A stretch of DNA of 64,000 nucleotides from an uncultured Candidatus Saccharibacteria bacterium. GTDB taxonomy: Bacteria; Patescibacteriota; Doudnabacteria; UBA920. Where the stretch lies: NCBI GenBank assembly GCA_964436545.1, contig CAYTCJ010000002.1, positions 26,111 to 90,110 of the forward strand. The letters are read 5' to 3'. This document shows positions 28,270 to 37,315 of this stretch, piece after piece. How positions within the stretch are numbered: position 1 is the stretch's first letter; every line of letters begins with the position of its first letter. Below the pieces are notes generated by a model. It ran no database searches. It was not told where the DNA came from and was given only the letters and a program-made list of their open reading frames with translations. The position numbers and the translations under genes are program-made.

Positions 28270-30177
28270 ATGTCAGAAAGACTGGAAGATGTTATTAAAA
28301 TTCGCAGGGAAAAACTAGCTGTCATCAAGCAGGCCGGACTTGATCCTTACCCTTCCCAAACCCAAAGAACCCATACCAATGCGCAGGCTTTGGATAATTT
28401 TGATTCGCTATCCAATGAGTCCATCACCCTGGTGGGTAGAATTCGCAGTTTTAGGGATATGGGCAAAATTATGTTCGTGCATATTGAAGACGGTTCTGCC
28501 AAAATCCAAATTTTATTCAAACAGGAAGATTTAGGTGCAGAAGCTTTTAAATTTATTTTAAAAAATTTCGATATTGGGGATTTTATTGAAGTCACAGGTA
28601 AATTATTTAAAACCAAAACCGAAGAAAAAACTCTACAAGCCACCGGCTACAAACTTTTGGCAAAATCTTTGCTTCCACTGCCCAGCGAACATTTTGGCAT
28701 TCAAGCCGAAGAAATTAAGCTTAGAAAAAGATATTTGGATATTTTACTTAATTCCAACACCAAAGAATTATTTATAAAAAAAGCGAAATTTTGGAACGCC
28801 ATGAGAACGTTTTTGCAAGATAGAGGATTTTTGCACATGGATATGCCGATTCTGGAAAATACCACCGGAGGTGCGGAAGCCAGACCCTTTATTACCCATC
28901 ATAACGCTTTGGATAAAGAATTTTTTTTACGAATCTCTTTGGAATTACCTTTAAAAAAGATGCTGGTTGCCGGTTATGAAAAAGTTTTTGAAATTGGCAG
29001 AATCTTTAGAAACGAAGGCATATCCACTGAACATTTACAGGACTATACCCAAATGGAATTTTATTGGGCTTATGCCAGCTTTCAAGACATGATGGATTTA
29101 GTAAGACAAATGTATCAAAAAATTATTTTAGATACATTTGGCACCCTCGTTATTCACGCTAGAGGCCAAACTGTTGATTGGAGCGGAGATTGGGAACAGG
29201 TTAGTTATTTGAACTTATTTAAACAGCATACGGGGATAGATTTAAACACAGCCGAACTGCCTGAATTGCAAGCCTATGCCAATCAACATCATATAAAATA
29301 TGAAGATTTTGCCGGTAAAGGCAGGTTAATTGATTTAATCTTTAAAGAAGTTAGAGAAAATATCCCAAGTGGTAAACCGATATTTCTAGTTGACCAGCCG
29401 GTGGAATTGGAACCTTTGGCAAAACGTGACCCACACAACCCCAAAGTGGTGCAAAGAATGCAAATTCTTGCCTTTGGGACGGAATTAGGTAAAGGTTTTG
29501 GAGAATTAAATGACCCCATTGACCAAAGATTAAGATTTGAAGAACAAGCCAAACTAAGGAATGCCGGCGACGAGGAAGCCCAAATGTTAGACGAAGATTA
29601 TGTAGAAGCCATGGAATACGGCATGCCACCTTGCGCAGGCTTTGGGCTGAGTGAAAGATTGTTTGCCATACTGGCCGACAAATCCATTCGGGAAATTGTG
29701 GTATTTCCACCAATGAAAGATACGGGGGAAACAGAAAGTAAAACCAAAGAAAATTTATTTGCTGTGGCATTAATTAACCAAGCATCCAAAATGGAACCTT
29801 GGCAAGTTTTAAATTCCATCGCTCATTTAAACGCGGCCTTTGGAGCCAGACAAACCAAAAAGGGCAGAAATTTATTTTTTCGAGATGAAATCCACAGTCA
29901 AGACGGCGAAGCCATAAAATTAAACATTCAACATGCCATAATGATAAAAACCATTCCTTCCAATAGCGAAATAAAAGCACTGGCACAGAAAGCCAAAAAA
30001 CTCGGGCTGGAAACTGCGGAGTTTACCAAAGAAATGTTAGAGACCACGAACGATAAAAAAGTTATTGAACGGACAGGAGCAAAAAATTACGCCGATATTG
30101 AGCATTTTGGCATTCTGATTTTTGGCAGAGAATCTTTAGTTAAAGAACTAACCGGCAACTACCCATTATATAAATAA
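28270..30177 (+). CDS. lysS: Lysyl-tRNA synthetase (class II) with ~150-aa C-terminal extension of unassigned function
   Basis: N-terminal OB-fold anticodon-binding domain plus class II motifs (FLHMDMPIL, GRIFRNEGISTEHLQDYTQMEFYWAY, GLSERL). The core ends near residue 485. The remaining ~150 aa (LFAVALINQASKMEPWQVLNSIAHLNAAFG...) are additional. Confidence 0.9.
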   Translation: MSERLEDVIKIRREKLAVIKQAGLDPYPSQTQRTHTNAQALDNFDSLSNESITLVGRIRSFRDMGKIMFVHIEDGSAKIQILFKQEDLGAEAFKFILKNFDIGDFIEVTGKLFKTKTEEKTLQATGYKLLAKSLLPLPSEHFGIQAEEIKLRKRYLDILLNSNTKELFIKKAKFWNAMRTFLQDRGFLHMDMPILENTTGGAEARPFITHHNALDKEFFLRISLELPLKKMLVAGYEKVFEIGRIFRNEGISTEHLQDYTQMEFYWAYASFQDMMDLVRQMYQKIILDTFGTLVIHARGQTVDWSGDWEQVSYLNLFKQHTGIDLNTAELPELQAYANQHHIKYEDFAGKGRLIDLIFKEVRENIPSGKPIFLVDQPVELEPLAKRDPHNPKVVQRMQILAFGTELGKGFGELNDPIDQRLRFEEQAKLRNAGDEEAQMLDEDYVEAMEYGMPPCAGFGLSERLFAILADKSIREIVVFPPMKDTGETESKTKENLFAVALINQASKMEPWQVLNSIAHLNAAFGARQTKKGRNLFFRDEIHSQDGEAIKLNIQHAIMIKTIPSNSEIKALAQKAKKLGLETAEFTKEMLETTNDKKVIERTGAKNYADIEHFGILIFGRESLVKELTGNYPLYK

Positions 30178-30178
30178 G

Positions 30179-30601
30179 ATGAGTAAAAATCAGTTAACTA
30201 TTTCTGTGGGGGTAATTTTAAACGACAAAAGGGAAATTTTACTGGGACTCAGACATCAGCCCCAATCGCCAGAAATTCATAATAAATGGGAATTTCCCGG
30301 TGGAGGCATAGAGTTAAACGAAACCCCAGAAAAAGCTCTGCTTAGAGAAGTAAAAGAAGAAACCGGACTTAATGTAAAAATTATCCGTTTATTGCCCAAA
30401 ATTTACAGTAACTTATGGAAGCACAGCAAGACAACCATACAGGTAATTATTCTCGCTTACGAATGCAAAATCCTATCGGGTAAATTAAAACTTGGAGACC
30501 CGGAAGTTAATGACTTAAAATTTTTCAAGCCCCAAGATATTGACTATTCCAAATGCTTACCTAAAACTAAAGAAATAATTGAACTATTAAATCGCCGATA
30601 A
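30179..30601 (+). CDS. NUDIX hydrolase
   Basis: Nudix box GGGIELNETPEKALLREVKEETGL. Confidence 0.75.
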   Translation: MSKNQLTISVGVILNDKREILLGLRHQPQSPEIHNKWEFPGGGIELNETPEKALLREVKEETGLNVKIIRLLPKIYSNLWKHSKTTIQVIILAYECKILSGKLKLGDPEVNDLKFFKPQDIDYSKCLPKTKEIIELLNRR

Positions 30602-30617
30602 ATCGGCACGCTACAAT

Positions 30618-31961
30618 ATGCTAGACATAAAATTCATTCGCGAAAATCAAGCCCAAATAAAAAAGGCCATCAAAGATAAAAACATTGCTTTAAATTTAGA
30701 TGAGCTTCTGGATGCGGACGTAAAAAGACGAGATTTACTTACCGAACTGGAAGGACTAAAGGCCTTAAAAAACCAAGTCTCCAAAGAATTTCCCAAGCTC
30801 TCTGCGGAAGAAAAGCAAGTTAAGCTTTTGGAAATGAAGGAAGTTGACCAAAAAATTGAAGCTTTAAAAGCTTCGGTAGATTCAGCCATTGCGCAATACC
30901 AAAACCTAATGTATTTGGTTCCAAATATTCCCAGTTCCGAAACGCCAATTGGCAAAGATGACAGTGAGAATGTTCCTTGGAAATATTGGAGTCCCAACTT
31001 GGGGGAAATTGATCCAAAAGATGAAAAAAATGTTTTGGAAGCCCAAACCAAATTTAATTTTCCACCCAAAGATCATGTTACCTTAATGGAAAATTTAAAC
31101 CTTGTCGATTTAAATGCCGGTGTAAATACAGCCGGCTTTCGGGGCTACTATTTAAAAAATGAAGCCGTACTGATGCAATATGGGCTTCTGTGGCACGCTT
31201 TAAATAAAATGCAAGCCAAAGGCTTTGAACTAATGATTCCACCCATTATGGCCAAGGAATTTGCTTTTTACGGGAGTGGGCATTTTCCTTTTGGCAGACA
31301 AGACCAGTATGTGCTAGGTACGGAAAGCGAATTGCAAAATCCCGAATATTTAAAAAACCCTTTATTTTTAAGTGGCACGGCAGAACCCAGTTTATTGGCC
31401 TACTATGCCAATAAAACCTTGGACGAAAAAGATTTACCCATAAAAGTCTGTGGTATTAGCCAATGTTTTAGGGGTGAAATTGGTAGCTACGGTAAAGACA
31501 CCAAGGGCATTTACCGCATTCATGAATTTATGAAAGTTGAACAAGTGGTTTTATGTAAGGCGGATATTTTAGAAAGCGAAAAGTGGCACGAAACCATGCG
31601 AGAAATCGCCCAAGAGATGCTCAAAGACCTTAAGCTTCCACACCGAGTTTTAAATATTTGTACCGGTGATATGGGCGCGGGAAAATACAAAATGTATGAT
31701 ATTGAAACCTGGATGCCGGGCAGAGGTAAATATGGCGAAACCCACAGTGATTCCAATTTAACCGACTGGCAAACCCGCCGACTTAATATTCGTTATAAGA
31801 CTCAAAGTGGAGAAACTAAATTTGTTTTTGGTTTAAATAATACCGTTATCGCCAGCCCCAGAATTTTAATTGCCATTATTGAAAACTACCAACAGGCCGA
31901 TGGCAGTATTTTGGTACCCGAAATTTTAAGACCTTATTTGGGCAAAGATGTCATAAAATAA
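30618..31961 (+). CDS. serS: Seryl-tRNA synthetase
   Basis: N-terminal coiled-coil arm (MLDIKFIRENQAQIKKAIKDK...) and class II motifs (FRGEIGSYGKDTKGIYRIHEFMKVEQ). Confidence 0.9.
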   Translation: MLDIKFIRENQAQIKKAIKDKNIALNLDELLDADVKRRDLLTELEGLKALKNQVSKEFPKLSAEEKQVKLLEMKEVDQKIEALKASVDSAIAQYQNLMYLVPNIPSSETPIGKDDSENVPWKYWSPNLGEIDPKDEKNVLEAQTKFNFPPKDHVTLMENLNLVDLNAGVNTAGFRGYYLKNEAVLMQYGLLWHALNKMQAKGFELMIPPIMAKEFAFYGSGHFPFGRQDQYVLGTESELQNPEYLKNPLFLSGTAEPSLLAYYANKTLDEKDLPIKVCGISQCFRGEIGSYGKDTKGIYRIHEFMKVEQVVLCKADILESEKWHETMREIAQEMLKDLKLPHRVLNICTGDMGAGKYKMYDIETWMPGRGKYGETHSDSNLTDWQTRRLNIRYKTQSGETKFVFGLNNTVIASPRILIAIIENYQQADGSILVPEILRPYLGKDVIK

Positions 31962-32053
31962 ACCTAAAAGAAATTTGTGTTCAACCCTGAGCTTGTCGAA
32001 TAAAACTTTAAATAAAAAAGTCTGATTTGTAGTCATTAGTAGATCCGTCTCAT

Positions 32054-33007
32054 TTGTATATTCGATATACTATGTTAAACAAAAACAAAATCAAATTTCA
32101 AAATCAAGATTTTAAAAAAAAATTAGTTGTTGCCAGAACCTATAAAAGATCCCTTAAAAGCATTCGAGGAAAATCTTTTGGGGGTCTTTTGGAATTTTTA
32201 AGTATAAATACTTTACCCCTTAAACTTTTAACCATTTTTTTAGGCTTAGGATTAGGTTATTTGCTATTGGTTCCCAATTATTTTACCGTTAAAAACCTCA
32301 AAATTTTGGAATTGAATACGACTCAAAATTCAGACTCTCTCCTAACTTGCGCTAAACAACAAATTCATTGGCCCAAAAATAATTTATTTTTACTTTCTAC
32401 CAAAACTTTGGCTAACACTTTGGAAAAAAACTGCCGAGAAATCAGCCGAGTCGAGGTTATTCAAAAAAACTATCCCCATACTTTAACCCTAAAACTACAC
32501 AAACGTTACGAAGAATTTTTATTAACTAATCAATCGGGCAAATATATCCTAGCTAATGACGGGATTTTATTAAGCCAATTAAGCCAAACAGACTGGGACC
32601 TAAACGCCTCCTCCACACATTCACTGATACCCATGACTTTATTCAACAACTCGGAAGAATTTTATGTTGGCCAAAACTTTAGCCAAACCAATCTCTTTAT
32701 TCAATTAGAAGAAATCCTTAAAAATTTTAAATTCCAATTCAACAATCCCATAGTTAAAATTAACCTCGCGGACAAAAACTTCACCAATACTGAACTGTTT
32801 ACCCAAACCGGCTACCAAATAAAAATTAATTTCCATTTAATTAACCAAGAATTTTTGCAAAATTTTGAAGATTTGCTAAATGACATTACTTCCAGTAGAA
32901 TTAGCAGTGTTAAATATATAGATTTAAGAGTGGCAAAAAAAGCCTACGTATGTTATAAAGACGCTGTATGCGCTCAAAATTCCAACTCTAATCCGGCTGG
33001 TCAATAA
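32054..33007 (+). CDS. FtsQ/DivIB-like cell division protein (TM helix plus POTRA-like region)
   Basis: Basic N-terminus, one TM helix, then FTVKNLKILELN...SDSLL resembling the POTRA start of FtsQ. Weak similarity only. Confidence 0.45.
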   Translation: MYIRYTMLNKNKIKFQNQDFKKKLVVARTYKRSLKSIRGKSFGGLLEFLSINTLPLKLLTIFLGLGLGYLLLVPNYFTVKNLKILELNTTQNSDSLLTCAKQQIHWPKNNLFLLSTKTLANTLEKNCREISRVEVIQKNYPHTLTLKLHKRYEEFLLTNQSGKYILANDGILLSQLSQTDWDLNASSTHSLIPMTLFNNSEEFYVGQNFSQTNLFIQLEEILKNFKFQFNNPIVKINLADKNFTNTELFTQTGYQIKINFHLINQEFLQNFEDLLNDITSSRISSVKYIDLRVAKKAYVCYKDAVCAQNSNSNPAGQ

Positions 33008-33197
33008 TCATTATAGGACTTCCGCTCTTGCCACTTCAACTTCGGCAGAGCCGAAGTTCTAAAGTGGCTTTGGCTAATTTCTTCGTTATTTTTCTGTGGT
33101 TTTATTCGTCGTATTCCTAATACGCCTCATAAAATCCTCGAAAAATGCCTTAAACTTAGCTCAAAAGCGTAAGTCCTACATTATTCATTTATTCTCT

Positions 33198-33887
33198 ATG
33201 CCTAAAAAAAATTTATTTGTTTTATCTTTGGGTGGTTCGTTAATTGTTCCTCAGGAGATTGATGTTAACTTTTTATCCGCCTTTAAAAAATTAGTTACCA
33301 ACTATACTCGGCAAGGGCATCGGTTTATTATTATTACCGGTGGGGGAATGGTGTGTAGAAAATATCAAACCGCATTAAAACACCTTGCCAAACCCAGTAA
33401 TCTGGATTTGGATTTTTTGGGTATTCAGTCCACATGGCTAAACGCTAAGTTAGTGCAACTAATGTTTGGTAATTTAGCCCATAACCAACTCGTTTCCGAC
33501 CCCAGTCAATTTATTGCCACTAAAAAACCAATTCTCCTAGCCGGCGGGTGGGAACCAGGCTGGAGTAGCGATTATGATGCCGTAATGTTGGCCAAAACCT
33601 ATGACGCCAAAACTGTAATAAATTTAAGCAACATTGATTTTTTATACACCAAAGACCCTAAACGATTTACAGACGCCGAAAAAATCACCCAAATTAACTG
33701 GCAAGGTTTATTTAAAATTATTGGCCATAAGTGGTTACCCGGGGCCAATTTACCCTTTGATCCTATGGCCGGAAAATTAGCACAAAAACACCAACTTAAG
33801 GTAATTATTGCCAATGGCAAAAATTTAAAAAATTTAAAAAATATTTTAGAAAATAAAAAATTTATTGGGACAGAAATTTCTAATTAA
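33198..33887 (+). CDS. pyrH: Archaeal-type UMP kinase (amino-acid-kinase fold)
   Basis: LFVLSLGGSLIVP...FIIITGGGMVCRKYQ...FLGIQSTWLNAKL...LLAGGWEPGWSSDYDAVMLA...IDFLYTKDPKRF aligns block-by-block with archaeal PyrH (GGS, GGG and PGHTTD-equivalent motifs). Start set at Met35 of the ORF-track frame. Confidence 0.7.
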   Translation: MPKKNLFVLSLGGSLIVPQEIDVNFLSAFKKLVTNYTRQGHRFIIITGGGMVCRKYQTALKHLAKPSNLDLDFLGIQSTWLNAKLVQLMFGNLAHNQLVSDPSQFIATKKPILLAGGWEPGWSSDYDAVMLAKTYDAKTVINLSNIDFLYTKDPKRFTDAEKITQINWQGLFKIIGHKWLPGANLPFDPMAGKLAQKHQLKVIIANGKNLKNLKNILENKKFIGTEISN

Positions 33888-33894
33888 ATTTTCT

Positions 33895-35148
33895 ATGAAT
33901 TCCAAGCAGTCCGGCATATATTTAGACTACGCCTCAACGACATTTTTACACCCGAGCGCCCAAAAGGCAATGTTGCCGTTTTTAAACAAACATTTTGCCA
34001 ATCCTTCAGGATTACATAAACCGGCCTTAACTGCGCACCGAGCGCTTAACCGTGCCAGAGAACAGGTGGCGAAAATCCTAGCTTGCAAAAATGAAGAGCT
34101 GATTTTTACCGCTGGCGGAACAGAAAGCATTAATTTGGCAATTTTTGGCATTGCCAGACAATTTGAACTTAAACATAAGACCAAAGGCCACTTAATTACC
34201 AGCCAAATTGAACATTTGGCTGTTTTAAATGCTTTTAAAGCATTGGAAGAAGAAGGCTATCAAACCACTTATTTACCGGTCAATGCTTTTGGACAAATTA
34301 ACCCGCAAGATTTAATCAAAGCAATTCAACCAAACACCATACTGGTTTCCTTAATGTATGCGAATAATGAAATTGGCACCATTCAACCTCTCCCCGCGAT
34401 TGGCAAACAACTGGAAATACTTAACGCCAAAAGAACTGCTATGAACCAACCGAAAATTTACTTTCATTCCGACGCTTGCCAAGCAGGCGGGGTATTGGAT
34501 TTAAATGTGAACAAACTGAAAGTGGATTTAATGACCATCAACGGCAGTAAAATTTATGGCCCTAAACAAACCGGAGTTTTGTATCTCAAAACCAAAACGC
34601 CACTGAGACCCCTAATTTTTGGTGGGGGACAAGAAAATAATTTACGCAGTGGCACAGAAAATGTCCCGGGAATTATTGGTTTTGCCACGGCTTTAAATTT
34701 AGCGCAAAAAACCCGTTTAAAAGAAAACCAACGTTTAAGAACTTTAAGAAACTATTTTGTAAAACACATTACTCAATTAATTCCTCACTCCAGACTTAAT
34801 GGACCGCCAATTGACACTGATTCGGAAAATTCGCCTACTCGACTGCCCAACAATGTAAATTTTTCTTTTAAAAATATAGAAGGTGAATCGTTATTGTTAT
34901 ATTTGGACGCCAAAGGCATTGCCGTTTCCACCGGAAGTGCTTGTCATGCTTTTAGTTCCGAGGCTTCCCATGTATTAACCGCCATTCAATGTCCTTTAGA
35001 TTTCATTTATGGCACTATTCGGTTTTCTTTAGGTCAAAAAACCACCAAACCACAACTGGACTACACCCTGAAAGCAATGCAAAACATATTTAAAACTTTG
35101 CAACCATTTAACCTAAACCCTCAATCTATTTCCCATAAGGTCAAATAA
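33895..35148 (+). CDS. Cysteine desulfurase (class V aminotransferase, NifS/IscS-like)
   Basis: LDYASTT, GGTESIN, the PLP-lysine region (TINGSKIYGPKQTGVLY) and the active-site Cys region (STGSACHAF). Confidence 0.8.
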   Translation: MNSKQSGIYLDYASTTFLHPSAQKAMLPFLNKHFANPSGLHKPALTAHRALNRAREQVAKILACKNEELIFTAGGTESINLAIFGIARQFELKHKTKGHLITSQIEHLAVLNAFKALEEEGYQTTYLPVNAFGQINPQDLIKAIQPNTILVSLMYANNEIGTIQPLPAIGKQLEILNAKRTAMNQPKIYFHSDACQAGGVLDLNVNKLKVDLMTINGSKIYGPKQTGVLYLKTKTPLRPLIFGGGQENNLRSGTENVPGIIGFATALNLAQKTRLKENQRLRTLRNYFVKHITQLIPHSRLNGPPIDTDSENSPTRLPNNVNFSFKNIEGESLLLYLDAKGIAVSTGSACHAFSSEASHVLTAIQCPLDFIYGTIRFSLGQKTTKPQLDYTLKAMQNIFKTLQPFNLNPQSISHKVK

Positions 35149-35157
35149 TCCTTCCTT

Positions 35158-35205
35158 AAGAAGACGGACTTCTGGGATTTTCCCAGAGGTCCGTCTTCTT
35201 GTTTT
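35158..35205. terminator. Bidirectional terminator between convergent genes (AAGAAGACGGAC...GTCCGTCTTCTT)
   Basis: 12-bp stem with a T-tract on the plus side and an A-tract on the minus side. Confidence 0.6.
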
Positions 35206-35209
35206 GCAA

Positions 35210-36832
35210 CTACTCCTTAACTTGATATTCACTTACAAACACGCTGGTGCCTAAATAAGGCCTTACTTCAGGAAATTCTTGCTGGGAAATGGCTTGCCAA
35301 GCAAGGGGAACTTTGGGCTTTTCGGCCCCAAAGCCATTTGTCCATACCAACCACACTTTATTGCCGGATTTTAGATTTTGGTTAAAATCGGGTAGTAAAT
35401 CGTTATTGGTTAATAGGGCAGTACCGGCATAATGAGGCATAGCCTGAACTTCTGTAACCCCTCCACTATACAACCAAGGTTTTATGGTTTCCGTCTGATG
35501 AGCAGAAGTGGCAACAAAAGCCACTGGCGAATTTTGCGATAAGTAGTATTTTAAATTAAAAAACATAAAGCTACTTCCCACATACACCTTATCTGGTGCC
35601 TGATAATTGGCATACAAATACTTGACCGCTTTAGCCATACCCGGTTTGGTGGCAATGTTAATGTTGTGCCAATATCGGTTAAAAGCCATTAAACATAAAC
35701 CAATATACAAACCCAAACTTAACTTAAAAATAGTTTGGCGTTTAATTTGGTTTAACCAAGCACTCAAAATTATTATTAAAAACGGACTGGTAAACACAAA
35801 ATACCTTACCAAGTAAACACTGCTATTACTACCTTTTAACTTTGCCAAAAAATAAAACAGAATTGAACCTAAAAAGGGCGCCAGAGCTACAGCAAAAATT
35901 AACCACTTATAAAAATTTTCCGTCTTGCTAAGAAACTTATAAACCACCATTAAAAAAGTAATGGTAACAATCACCAGCAATAGCTTGACTCGAAAATTGC
36001 TAATATCGTAACTAAAACCTAATAACAAGGTATACAGCGTGCTGGGCACACTCCATTTATCCATAGGCGGTATCCAATAACCGGCACCCACTTGTTTAAG
36101 CTGGTATAAAAAAGTGTTTAACCACGGCACATAAGCAAGGAGAATGGTAAAATAAGCGGTCAAAAGTAGGACATAATTCTTAAAAGTATAACGATGATGG
36201 GTAAATAAATAAACCAACCCAAAAAACCCAATTGCCATACTGGCGAATAATAAATAATAATGGGTATATACCATTACAACTGTGGCCAGAATGAACCCAA
36301 AATAATTTACCCAAATTTTTTTTCTTAAGCTAAAAGTTTCCGGCAAATTGGGGACCTGTAATACATTCAACTTTTGCATCTCGGTTTGGAGTAGAAAAGC
36401 TTTTACCAAAAAATAACAACTGAGTAAAGTAAAAAACGCGCCCATGGTATACATTCTAGCTTCCGTGGCGTATTGAATCTGAAAGGGATTAATAGCCACT
36501 AAAAAAGCCGAGGTTAAGGCCAAACGGGAATCTTTAAACCCCACCTTAACTAACAACCACACGGCCCAAATGGTCCCCACCCCAAATAGCACACTTAAAG
36601 ATCTTAAAGCCAGTAGGGAATCGGAAAATACATAGTGCCACAATTTTAAAATTACGTAATAGGCCGGCGGGTGCACATCTAAACCGATTCTATACAGCAT
36701 TTCTTGCCAAGGATATTTAATTAACAAAGCGGAAAACGCTTCATCGTGCCATAGGGAGATGTCTAAATTATGATAAAATCTTAAAAGTAGACCTAAGCCT
36801 AAAATGGCCAGCAGGGTTAAATTTTTTTTCAT
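35210..36832 (-). CDS. GT-C family glycosyltransferase (ArnT/PMT-like, dolichyl-phosphate-mannose-protein mannosyltransferase family)
   Basis: Polytopic membrane protein. N-terminal region LLRFYHNLDISLWHDEAFSAL...VHPPAYYV is typical of GT39/GT83 enzymes. Confidence 0.7.
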   Translation of the reverse strand: MKKNLTLLAILGLGLLLRFYHNLDISLWHDEAFSALLIKYPWQEMLYRIGLDVHPPAYYVILKLWHYVFSDSLLALRSLSVLFGVGTIWAVWLLVKVGFKDSRLALTSAFLVAINPFQIQYATEARMYTMGAFFTLLSCYFLVKAFLLQTEMQKLNVLQVPNLPETFSLRKKIWVNYFGFILATVVMVYTHYYLLFASMAIGFFGLVYLFTHHRYTFKNYVLLLTAYFTILLAYVPWLNTFLYQLKQVGAGYWIPPMDKWSVPSTLYTLLLGFSYDISNFRVKLLLVIVTITFLMVVYKFLSKTENFYKWLIFAVALAPFLGSILFYFLAKLKGSNSSVYLVRYFVFTSPFLIIILSAWLNQIKRQTIFKLSLGLYIGLCLMAFNRYWHNINIATKPGMAKAVKYLYANYQAPDKVYVGSSFMFFNLKYYLSQNSPVAFVATSAHQTETIKPWLYSGGVTEVQAMPHYAGTALLTNNDLLPDFNQNLKSGNKVWLVWTNGFGAEKPKVPLAWQAISQQEFPEVRPYLGTSVFVSEYQVKE

Positions 36833-36909
36833 TGATTTGCCAAAATGACTAATTTTTGGTATAATTAAGGTTAATAATATTATGATTTGCGGTAAAATTC
36901 TTTGGCTGT

Positions 36910-37254
36910 ATGTTAAAATTTCTTAAAATTTTTGAACGGAAAATTTGGTTTCTAAAATTTTTGGGTTGGCTTGTTCCCATTATAACACTTTTAATTCTCT
37001 TTATCCAAAACCGTTTTTTAAATCAAAACTTGATCCTAAAATATTCAGTCGGAGCCGGTGTGCTATGGAGTGGGGGCAGTAATCACCTTTATTTAATTCC
37101 CATCAGCGGGTTAGTGTTAAGTTTATTAAATCTTAAACTAAATGAACAGCTGAGTGAGCATTTTGTTTTTTTGAAAAAAAGTATGGTGTTGGTAAATTGC
37201 CTAATTCAACTTATACTCTTGCTGGCTGTATTGCTTTTATTTTGGATAAATTAA
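36910..37254 (+). CDS. Hypothetical membrane protein (114 aa)
   Basis: Three hydrophobic helices. ORF only. Confidence 0.35.
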   Translation: MLKFLKIFERKIWFLKFLGWLVPIITLLILFIQNRFLNQNLILKYSVGAGVLWSGGSNHLYLIPISGLVLSLLNLKLNEQLSEHFVFLKKSMVLVNCLIQLILLLAVLLLFWIN

Positions 37255-37315
37255 TCTAACGGGGAAGTCTTCTGGGCTTAAAACCTAAAGACTGTCTTAA
37301 ACACGCATAAGTTTA

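Noticed and set aside
33096-33197. N-terminal extension of the UMP-kinase ORF (MVLFVVFLIRLIK...)
   Set aside because: The conserved PyrH N-terminus begins at MPKKNLFVLSLGGS. The upstream extension is hydrophobic junk overlapping a hairpin-rich intergenic region.
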